A stretch of 64,000 nucleotides of DNA from assembly GCF_000315625.1 (NCBI RefSeq), contig NW_005434534.1, positions 34,115 through 98,114 of the forward strand. Direction: 5' to 3'. Each line of letters opens with the position of its first letter. The stretch's first letter is position 1. Made by a program: the position numbers and the translations under genes. Below the pieces are notes generated by a model that worked only from the letters and a program-made list of their open reading frames with translations, made no database searches and was not told where the DNA came from. This DNA is from Guillardia theta CCMP2712. Its lineage: Eukaryota > Protista > Cryptophyta. Of the stretch, positions 53,569 through 64,000 are shown piece by piece.

Positions 53569-54669
53569 TCTTTGTGAGTGTGAGTCTACTCTATGGTTAG
53601 TTTGTAGATCGTTAAAGCAGGAAGATGGTTTGTGGAAATGAATTTTGACTGCCATTACAACCCCACACCGCTACACTGAGAGTCAAAGACAGAAGTAGGC
53701 ACGAGTCTGGAGTGAGCACGGCCAACTATTCGCACCTGCATTCCTGACATCATCGCCACGGTGTTGCACAATCACGGGAACAGCGAATCAGAGCTCGTCG
53801 CTACTTTGACAACAGACCACGTCAAAGGTCTCCATCAGGATGGTAGCAGCGGATAGCAGCGCTGCTACACATAACCTTCAGGAATGAGAGAGTACCAGAG
53901 CTCAACAAGACAACAAGGAGACCCTTTCCTTGTGACATATTCCTCCACCCAACTCCCTACTGTACTTCCTTTCATCTCATTTGTTATTACTGTACTTTCT
54001 TTTCCCAGTGCTCTTGTCCTGCAATGCGTACACTCACATTCTCCTGCATATCCTCGTACCTCATTAGCAACAGATAACAGTGTCGAACAAGTAAGCAACA
54101 ACGTTTCCACGTGATATTAATGTAAACGCAAGACAATAATCTTTCAAAGATGAGATGGATTGTAATACTTCCCTACACAATCATGTTTCAGGTCAATAAC
54201 GATGATATTCTGCATTATGGCCTATTGATTTGTTTCAGAGTATCGCTGTTCACTCAAAACGCCTCCCAAGCGATATTTGCCATCATCGACATTCAGACAA
54301 GGAGAGTACATAGTATGTCAGCATGAGACAGACTACCAACATGCCGGATGATGGTGCGATGAAGATGAATAAGAAACGAAAGTTTATCCCCAAAAATCTC
54401 ACATATGCATTTTATTTATATCCACATGGCTGGGGTTTCGTCGCTTGCAAGCCACGCGAGATCTCACTTGTTCCATTTGATCTGTTCGTATGTCACAGAA
54501 CTTTATGGAGTGAAAAAACAAAAGAGGGGCGGAGTTGAGGAGGAGGAAACGGAGGAGGGGGTGGTGGTGGGAAAGAAGCGAGGAGGGGGAGGAGGAGAAA
54601 GGAAGGAGGAGAATGAGGAGGAGGGGGAGGGGGGCGGGAAGAGGAGGAGGAAGAGGGCACCGGTGGAGT

Positions 54670-56983
54670 GATCATCTCGATCCCCTCGAGTCCCTTCGTC
54701 TTAGTCTTCTCATTGACCTGCTCGTCCCACGTTACCCCAGAGATTCTCGTCTCCTCCTCCCACCTGCTGCATCGGAGATTTCCCGTTGTTGAGCGACACT
54801 CCAACCAAGTTCGGACCAGAAACGCAGCTGGAGAGCAGTGAGGAGGACGGAGACCGCGAGCATGCAGACCTCGGGTCTACCCACTGGTCTCTCGGGTAGT
54901 CGTACGTGTTGGGGTGACAGAGAATCTGATAACAAGTGGCGCTCGACTGCCAACGCGTGTGAGAGACTGTTGGGTCAGCAGGAGGGAGAGGCGGGGGGAC
55001 CTGCCCAGCTGCAATGACAGACCAGGCCAAGAAGAACTCCTGCGACCACATGAGCCTACCACAAGAAGATTGAGATGACATGGCACCTGAAGGCGGAAGA
55101 GATGCTTGCCCTTGGTGTGCTCGGAGATGGCATCGATCTTGCCCAGCAGGATGTCCGTCTTATGCGACATCCAGTTGTCGTACCACTGTACCCATCATAT
55201 CAGAATCAAGTTCCACACTCAGCCCCTGCTCTCTTTCCTTCCCGCACAGCTTCATCCCCCTCCTCCAAACAATCTAGTACAATTCCCGTCCCTCACGAGT
55301 CTCTTTGCCATCTACCTTGTGGAGGGTGTGCGAGTAGTGACGGCCGATGGTCTCAACAGAGTGCACCTGCTCTTCGTCACTCGCCACACTTTCCTCTTCT
55401 TCTCACCTCAAATCCTGCAAGCTCACACTGCTTGACGTACCTGCAGTGCAAGATTTATTTCAGTCGCTAAATTGTCAGAAATGCAGGAGTCGACCAGTTG
55501 AGAGGAGTGGAGGCGTCAGCACCAGGGAAGATGTACTTGCTCATGAAAAGACCCCATGCGACATCCTGTATGTGCCGTCCCCTTCAGCTCAAGGACAGTC
55601 CAACACTCCTCCTCGACCATCCCCAAGTACGTCCCTCTCCTCTTTCCCTCTCACCTCCCAGCTTGGGCCTTGACGAAGACCGGAGACCTGCGCAGCCGGT
55701 CACATGCAATGAGCAGAAGCAGATGATTCACCTGCAGGAGAAACTTGGAGTCCTGAACGAGATACACGGTCAGAGCAGTGAGAGAAGACGAAAGTCGTAC
55801 TTGCCTTCTTAGCCAGCATCTTTCTGACAGATACCAAAAATGGATCGACGAAGTTGGCAATGCCAACGTGTTCCGCCATCTCAATAGAGGCGATCTTGTC
55901 AAACTTCTGTCCTCCCGGAATCTCGCGATAGTCGCAACAGTGAATCTCCGTCGGAACTCCTTCGAAACATGTCACATATTAAAGCGTCGCTTGGCAACGA
56001 GTACCAGTCTCCTTGCTCGCATAGTCGCAGTACTTCTTCCCTTCCGACGACAGAGTCACGCCTGTTGCCTTCGCCCCGTAATGCTTCACGGCATGGCGGC
56101 ACAGAGTTCCCCATCCGCATCCGATGTCCAGCAGCGTCTCGCCCTTCTGCAGCATCAGCTTGTCGCAGATCATGTTGAGCTTGTTGAACTGTGCTTCCTC
56201 CAGCGTCCCATCCGCTGCTGACTTGGCATAGTCGCCATTGTATCCGTCCGAGGCGAAGGAGGGCACCTTGTGGAACACTCCACACGTGTACACCATGGCG
56301 CGACCCAGCATGGAGGAGAAGACGTCGTTGCCCTTGTTGTAATGCTCGTCGATCTCCTTGTGCGTCTCCTTCACAGACTTGCCGCTTGACGATCCTCGTC
56401 CCAGTCCACTCCCTGTCATCCACCATGGCAGGAACTGCGAGATGAGCCACCAGATCTGTCGCCAAGTGACTTTGTAGTTAGCGAACTCGTGGCGATGGTA
56501 CTGCAAGATCTTGTAGCAATCCCCTCCCTCGCAGCTTTCGTTCCAGTCGAACAACCCTTCGATGTACATCTCATACAGCTCACACATGGGAATCTTCCTG
56601 TGCTTGTAGTAGTTGGCCAGGCTCTCCTTCTTGAAAGTCAGGAACTTGGACGTGTCCACTCCCTTCTCTGTGCCCACCCCGTGGTATACAACATCCCACA
56701 AGAAGCGGGTAATCACATAGGGGCCCAGCACACCAGCCAGGAGCATTGCCGTCTTGTTCAGCTCCTCTCCTTGCAAAATGCTCGTCGAGAAGTTTGACGC
56801 CGCCGCATAATTGAAGAGCTGCACCGCCTTGTACGCGGTGACTCCTATCATTGTGCCGGCGTACGGGATGATTCCCATGAGCATCATGGGTGGGTCCGTC
56901 CAACGAGTGGACATGGCGATGCCTATCCTGAGCTTCTCCATGATGGAGCCTGAACACAACATGAGCGAACCGCGAGCATTCAA
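54670..56983 (-). CDS. CFA-synthase-family SAM methyltransferase, sphingolipid C9-methyltransferase-like
   Basis: EHYNKGNDVF..MVYTCG..TLEEAQFNKL..LLDIGCGWGTL..DYRE..FDKIASIEMAEHVG..WGLFMSKYIFPGADASTPL..GRHYSHTL..EFFLAWS..SATCYQI. Confidence 0.88.
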
Positions 56984-58513
56984 AAACTTCCTCCGAGCTC
57001 ATTTCAAGTCTTGTTGCGTCACCCTAGCCTGATCCCTACCCTTCTACCTGCAGTCGGCCAAACTGAACAGAAATCTTTGACTGTGATAAGCAGATTAGGA
57101 AATTTTCCTTGAGCATGGTTTTCCTCTCAATAGATTTCCAACCCACACCATAGGATCTTGCCTCAGAACGCATCTACCTACTTACCTCACTTCAACCTGC
57201 TCGCTTCTCCTAATTTCTTCTCCGAACCCATCCAATCCAACGCTCTGTTCTGCTGCCTCGGCATTGCCCTCACCTCACCTCTTCTTTCACCTCTCCTCTC
57301 CCTCCCTCCCTCCCTTCCTCCCTCCCTCCCTCCCTCCCTCCCTCCCCCTCGCTCCCCTCCTCCTCTCCTTCTCTTCTCTCCCCTCGTCAGTCGTCACGAG
57401 ATCAATCCAGTAGGGGAACTTTAGCGACGAGGAAGAACAACCCCCTCACCCCACCCCTCAACGCCCCACAGCAACCCCACCTTGTTCAAAACAGTACCCC
57501 ACCCCTCTTCATACTACCCCTCCTCTCTACTTCTGAACAGCTGCACTATAAAAAAGTTACTCGGTACCCCTAGGTAGTCACCCTACTAACCCAACAGGCC
57601 CTCGTCCATATGTACCCCCCACCCCCCTTCTCCATCAGCGAAACCACGTGGATTTGAAAAAGACCCACCCCCCATTTATGTTCCCTTCCACCCCTATCCA
57701 CATCTGATCATTCCCCCACTGAAACTTACACCCCCGAAAGCAAAGATAAGCTCTCTACCCCATTTTTGGCAGAGAAAAGTACCCCTAGCATTGTAATACA
57801 ACCCCATCAAATCAAGGCCTGTTCATTACTGCCCCTACTACCCCACCCACCCATGTTCCCCACGCACAACGCTAAACCACCACCTCATCTCTTCACCACC
57901 CCACCACCCCCCTCTATTCCCCCAGCCCTGTATGCCTCATCCGGTTGCATCTCTATCAACAGAGTGACGGGGGTACCTCAGTCGTGCTGTGGTTCGCGAT
58001 TCGAAAGAGTAGGGTGGGTTGATAATGGGTGGGTGGGTCCCTCCACCTTCATTCCCGTGGGGTCAATGAAATACAGAGTGACTATTTTCTGGGGTGGGGT
58101 AGAGTTCTAGTCCGGGTGGGGTGGATGATTTCCAAGGGTAGGGTAGTAACATATAAGAGAATTGCAAGGCCATGGATGTGACCACCAAGGATGGGACCAT
58201 CCCCTCGAGAGCATGCAGAGAGTGCCGGTCAAGAAGTAGCTAGGTTGCAGAAGACTTAGGAGAGAAAGTGAGGAGAAGAGGAGAAGGAGCATGAGAGAAG
58301 ATAAAGCTTGAGAAGATGGTTCCTCATACACTTCTCTTCCGTGACTTCAGACTTGTTGATTGAGGCCATCTGAGGTATTCGGAGCCATACAAGCGTGCAG
58401 TTGAGAAAATGTTGTTTCATCGAGAGTTGTAGTAGGGTGTGACGAGCCGCCAAGACGCTAGAAATACGTGGCTGGGCTTAAACTTTGCCGAGAAAGACGC
58501 AAAGACATTCGAA

Positions 58514-59710
58514 ATGCAAGAGCAGCAGCTCAAACAACCACTTGTTGAAGTGCAATTACCTTCCAAGGGACATGCTCAACACTGCAAAATGTGTGCAACA
58601 ATCTCTGGTGCTACAGCAGGAGCCGTTGGAGTGCTGGTGGGTCAGCCGTTCGATACTCTTAAAGTCAGGCTGCAAGTTTCAGGAGCTAAGAGCGTGGCGA
58701 GCACAGAGACGAGGAGCTTCGTAAAGACATTGGCAATGTACTACAGGGGCTCAGGCCCCCCAGTCATCTCCTCTGGCTTGGTGTCCTCGTTGAACTTCAC
58801 AGGATTCGAGGCGATCAAACGCTTGTTTCATCGTGAGGACATGCATAGAGCACCTCTCTTTGTCCATTGGGTTTCGGGCTTTGGAGGTGCGATCCCGGTT
58901 ACTGTCATCACGTGTCCATCGCAGAACATCAAAATCCTTCAGCAAGCAGGCGAAGAAAGGTTGGGGATGATTGAATGCTTGCGCAAGATCTTCAAGACAT
59001 CCGGCTTGCGAGGGCTCTATAGGGGATACTGCATCCACTCTATTCTAGAAACTTTTGGTAAGTGCAGCCTTCCTAAAAGACCCGATGGCGTTGTTGACTT
59101 GTATGCAGGTCGGGGTTGGTACATGGTGACTTATGAAACTGTGAAGCGCAGGCTTGATGATACCCCTGAGGTTGACGACTCTCTCGTCCTTCAACCCTAA
59201 CCATCCTCGTCATGAACCCCCTAAACTCTTTCCATCAGGTCCTTGGAGGTCAAATTTCCCTCCACAGACGAATGTTGGCGGGAGCATGTGCAGGCATGGC
59301 TGGTTGGAGCTCAATCTATCCGTTGGACGTCATTCGGTCGAGGATTATGGCGCAGGTCCTTCTCATTGCATTTGGGCATGGTTTCTGATATGCCCGAGCA
59401 GCCGCTGACTGAAAAAGAAAAGCTAGCAAATCCGAAGATGCTCTTCTCAAACAGTCTCGATTGCATCATGAAAACTTATAGCGAAGGAGGAATCCCTATC
59501 TTCTTCAGAGGTCGTGTGCCTCCAGCACCATCCTGCACGTCCCCCTGACTGATTTACCCACAGGGATCGGATTCTCACTCGTTCGGGCGGCACCGGTGGC
59601 AGCCTGTGAGTAAATCGGGGGACCTGTTGATGTGAATGACCGCTGTGCCAGGCGTACTTCCAACCTACGATCTTGCCTACAGCTGGCTGCAGTCTACCTT
59701 TGGATCATGA
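58514..59710 (+). CDS. Mitochondrial carrier (SLC25), carnitine/basic amino acid carrier-like
   Basis: GQPFDTLKVRLQ, TCPSQNIKILQQ, GLRGLYRG, IYPLDVIRSRIM, FFRGIGFSLVRAAPVAA. Confidence 0.9.
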
Positions 59711-59935
59711 AGAGAGTCTTCTTGCTGGGGACGAGATTCCAGCACTGTTCAAGCCTGCTCCTCACGGTTTCTGTGTACATTTTTTTGACTTTTAAAGAAT
59801 TCCATAAGCAACTGTACAGTAGAGCATACAGATGGAATATTATTTTGACATTGTCCGCTAATCGAACTTCATGGCGTCACAGAAACTTCCTGGCGTCGCT
59901 GCAATTTGCCTTCAGGCTTGCGCAAGCAAGATTGT

Positions 59936-61421
59936 TCAACAAGAGCAGTTGCTAGCTCCTTGGGTACCTCGAGAGCTGAAAAAAGCACTGAGTCTCGATC
60001 ACGAGAGAGAGGCAAGCTTACGCAAGATTCAACCCCGAGACCTCGTTGTTAACCAGATGTGGAGAATCTAAGATCTTTTGTACAAGTTCCTCGAACGCTA
60101 GAAGAAGAACAGATCAGGTGAGCAATGGAAACACATCAACAGATACCTTGCTGAATTCCAGTCTTCGCTTTTGCACTGCACTCAATGAATAGCTACGACA
60201 TTTCATATCACACATTCAAACAAGCCAAGAGCAAGCGCACCATCCCACGATTTCGAGCGAATTCTATTCCATCCGCACGAGTCACTTCGCGATTTGCCTT
60301 ATCGATCTTATTGCCCACCAAGAGTTTGACAACCTGTGCATGCGCTATCAACTGCCTCGCAACCAAAGTAGCAGATGCGATAGTACTCCGTCTCGGTTTG
60401 TGTACATGTCCACCTCTTTCAACCACTGCAGCTTGTTACAAACATGTGAACCAGAGATTTCGAGCTTCACCTGCTCAAGATTCTCGAACGTTTCCTTGCG
60501 AGTCACATCGTAAACTAGTAAAACATCAGCCATGTTCCTCATAAGATTTTTCTACCAAGAATAACGCCCTGGGCACCACGGTAATAGCTACTAGTCAAAG
60601 TGCGGAAACGCTCCTGCCCTGAAGATCCTTGCAGATAAGCAAACAAGTAGACATGTTGAATAAAACAGAAGATCTTGAGCTAGACTGACCGGCTGTGTCC
60701 CAGATCGTCAGTTTCACTTTCTTCCCTTCCACGTCGATTGATTTGACCTTCACAAACAATCACGAATAGCTTGCTCAATACCCAAGGAGATGAGATCGGG
60801 ACCTTGAAATCAACCCCTATGGTGGCAGGCTGATCCGTAGCAAAGGAATCATCCGTAAATCGAAGTAGAATGCTTGACTTGCCAACACCACTATTCCATG
60901 TAATTTGTCAAGCGCTTTTCGCGGGGTGTGGTTGGGATATTGGATGGAGAACAGGAGAAGGATGAATAACAGTATTCCCTGTTTCACAGCATGCTATTCA
61001 AGCAGAAGAGCCAGCAGACTCTGATTTCCATGAAAGTTGATGCAGGCACACGCATACAAGTAAGAACAGTGAGGGTCGAGCTCAGTTGATCATTTCAAAT
61101 TCGAAAAATGGAAAGATGTAGCAAGTGTCTCAGTTTGAGGAGGTACTGTCAGAGCATTATTGGATGATGGTGAAGAAGTTTAGTATCACATCGGTCGATT
61201 TTCAGCATGTGGCGGGGTGAATTTCAAAAAAGTAGGTGTAGGCTATGGAGAAGGTGCCGGTGATGGGAGGAGGAGAGAGGACGAGGAAAAAGACAATGAA
61301 ACAGCGGAGAAAGAGGGAAATGAGGGAGGAAGGTTGGTGAGGCATGCAGGATGGAGGGGTACCTGTCTCCTGTGAGAAGGAGCTTGAAGCGATGATCGAA
61401 CGCGTCGCTCTCCTTGGCCAT
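59936..61421 (-). CDS. RAB18: Rab GTPase, Rab18/RabC
   Basis: Spliced [95 protein letters not shown]. Confidence 0.95.
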
Positions 61422-61816
61422 GGCTGCCAAATCTGCCACCCACGTGTAGAGGCTGCAAAGCAGGGGTAGTAGGGTCTTGGGTGGGTACAGTACCAGGCCG
61501 TCGGGGGTACTGAGTCGAAAGGGGTACTGGGAGGAGAGATGGAGGGGTACCTGGTATGCTGCAATAAGATTCAAAAAGTTTAGGAGGGAGGCGGAGGGGT
61601 GGTTTTGATATTTGAGGGGTAGGGATGGGAAGGGGTACAGAGGTAGGGGTGGGTCTTTCCTTGCGATTGTCATAGAGGCACGATGGGAGCACGTGGGGTA
61701 GGGTGAAGAGAAGGGGTGGTGGGGTAAGTGACATGTGAGGGTACGGGTCCAGCCATTCAAAAAGAGTAGATCAGGAGGCTGAGGGGTCCCCTCGTATGGG
61801 AGGGGTGGAGACTTGC

Positions 61817-61888
61817 TTCCTCAACGGGGAATCGAACCCCGGTCTCCAGGGTGAGAACCTGGTATCCTAACCGCTAGACGATTGAGGA
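61817..61888 (-). tRNA. trnE-CTC: tRNA-Glu (anticodon CTC)
   Basis: TCCTCAA acceptor stem pairs with TTGAGGA; anticodon arm CCAGG-TTCTCAC-CCTGG; T-loop GGTTCGATTCC; 72 nt. Confidence 0.97.
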
Positions 61889-62651
61889 CTTCCCGATCTG
61901 TCCAAACGGAGGCCTGCAAAGTTTATATAGTACATCGGCCCGGGCCGCGACTCACGAGTCACTGAGTCCGACTCACCGGGGCCTGAGCCTCCGACCGTGG
62001 CACTGCACGCTTGCCGGAGAGTGCACCTCACTCCCATCAGCGACGCTCGGACGCCAAGCTGAGAGAGATGTTCGCAGTCGAGCTGACAGCCGACACCTTC
62101 AACTTCGGCAGGCCGCCCGGCCCCGCGGGCCCGGTAACTTACTGAGAACTTCGTGAGCAGCGCCGTACTAGGGCAGCCCGGCCCGGCCCGGCCGCCGCTC
62201 CGACGCTCCGGGCCGAGGCCGTACGGTCCGATCTGCTCAGCGGGCACCGCGGGCCGGGCCCGGGGTGCCACGGTCGGACTGGCTCGGACGCCGGCGGGCC
62301 GGGCGGTCGCCGGGTGACCGGGTGCAGTGCAGCGAGGGGATGGGGTCAGGGATGGGGTACTGCAGGTTCAGTCTGGTCGGGGAAATGCACGACGAATTCC
62401 TTCTATTGTCGGTAATCCTCCTCGTCCTCGTCCTCCTCCTCGTCCTCCTCGTCCTCCTCCTTCTCCTTCTCCTCATCGTCCTCCTCCTCGTCCTCGTCCT
62501 CGTCCTCCTCGTCCTCGTCCTCGTCCTCGTCCTCCTCCTCGTCCTCCTCCTCCTCCTCGTCCACCTCCTGCTTCTCCTCCTTCTTCTTGTCGATCTCCTT
62601 CTCCTTCTTCTCGTCCTTCCTATCCTCCATCCCGGTCTTGTGCTCCCTATC

Positions 62652-62976
62652 GATGCCACAGATGAAGGAGAAGTTCCACAGCGCTTGCAATCTGCTGCTG
62701 CAACAAGCCGGCAACTATGACGCGCTGCTGGCTCTCTACTACCTGGTCGGCTATCTTGGCATGACCAGTCATTGGACTAGCACACCGAGGCAGCTACGCC
62801 TTCCTACCCTCAATGAAGCGCTATCGCAGACACTACTGCTAGTTCAACTGGAAGCTTTTACTNNNNNNNNNNNNNNNNNNNNNNNNNNNNNNNNNNNNNN
62901 NNNNNNNNNNNNNNNNNNNNNNNNNNNNNNNNNNNNNNNNNNNNNNNNNNNNNNNNNNNNNNTCCTTCCTCCTCCA

Positions 62977-63009
<33 letters not shown>

Positions 63010-64000
63010 CTCGTCCTCGTCCTCGTCCTCCCTCCTCCGTCCTCCTCCTCCTCCTCGTCCTCGTCCTCCTCCTCCTCGTCCTCCTCTCCTCTCCTTCTCC
63101 TCCTTTCTTCCTCCTTCTCCTCCTTCTCCTTCTCTTGCTTCTTTTCCTCCTCCCCCCCCTCCTCGTTCTCCTAACCCTTTTCCTTCTGCTACTGGTACTG
63201 GTACTACAACAACCATTACTCCTATAGCCTCCTCTTCCTTCTGCTACTCCTGCTGTTCCTGCTCCTACTCTAATTCTACTCATACTGAACCACCGCATCC
63301 TGGCAATCCTGGCAAATCCAGCATATTCTCTTCCTTTCTTGGCATCCTCTTCTCATCCAAACTTGACTTATGCTGCTCTCCTCCTTTTCATGTGTGTTCC
63401 ACCAGCTTCTTGTGTTGAGACATGATCAGGTGAAAGAGAGGGAGGCCGGACCATCGGAGGGATGTCTGCTGGGGTCAGTAAGGTGAGGGCGGGAGGGGAC
63501 AATCGGCGATTGTGACGATGAAGCAAGGAGAGACTCGGCGTGGATAGGGATGAAGGAGATGTACGCGGCTCTGCGATACGAGAGGAAGCTGACAAGATCG
63601 AGTATCGAACGTGTAGCCGAGATGGCGAGCACGGAACAAGCCTGCTATCTCCTGCTCCTCCTCGCTCCTGAGAGCCGCAACTGTCTCTTGCGAGACGTTC
63701 TTGATCGTGAACAGCATGACATGAAAGTGATGTTTTCGGCTCTTATCAGGCCACTTGTGGTGCATCTCGACGAGCAAAGTGTCAAGTTGCTGATAGATAA
63801 GACTATGACCAAGACAGCAGTCATGTTGCCCTCAGACCTCACCGACCTCGTCCGCCATGTCATGCCGGGCATTTCGTTCCTTGCCGAGCGAGAAGCTGAG
63901 AGAGGGCATGCCGAGGACCCCAGAGAGACAAGGATAGGTGAGACTTGCTGTGCTGCGAGCGTCGGTGAAAGCTCCATGCAGGGGCTGCTCTCACCTCGCT
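62652..64000 (+). CDS. Uncharacterised multi-exon protein, partial (spans a gap, runs off window)
   Basis: Helical-looking exons MKEKFHSACNLLLQQAGNYDALLALYYL and WIGMKEMYAALRYERKL..LLRDVLDREQHDMKVMFSALIRPLVVHLDEQSVKLLIDK, ending at a GTGAGA donor. Confidence 0.4.

Noticed and set aside
59193-59227. Telomere-like AACCCTAA/CCCTAAA words
   Set aside because: Single isolated units inside a small intron; consistent with chance

Overview
Gene-dense eukaryotic nuclear DNA with many very short (~40-55 nt) spliceosomal introns, intronic microsatellite expansions and four assembly gaps. The style suggests a cryptophyte alga such as Guillardia theta; that is an inference, not a database match. Recognisable genes: a class I SAM methyltransferase, a single-repeat voltage-gated cation channel (PH-6TM-EF-hand), a TPR-SET/MYND (SMYD-like) protein, a 2OG-Fe(II) oxygenase, an MLO-like protein with EF-hand-like tail, PIG-C, a B-box/PDZ protein, a CmcI-like methyltransferase, an SH3 protein, a copine/RGLG-type vWA protein, a divergent eIF1A, RPAIN, a sphingolipid C9-methyltransferase-like enzyme, an SLC25 carrier, Rab18 and tRNA-Glu(CTC). 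The most unusual parts are: (i) a ~6 kb scrambled repeat cluster (5.9-12.1 kb) with a sharply defined element terminus, interstitial (CCCTAAA)n tracts at element junctions and a relic CCHC+RLE endonuclease of a CRE-like non-LTR retrotransposon; (ii) four ORFs sharing an unrecognised, gap-free ~50-aa domain, two of them from a very recent duplication; (iii) an eIF1A with many normally invariant ribosome-contact residues replaced; (iv) GC-rich palindrome-packed islands upstream of genes. Gene boundaries were spliced by eye and are approximate.
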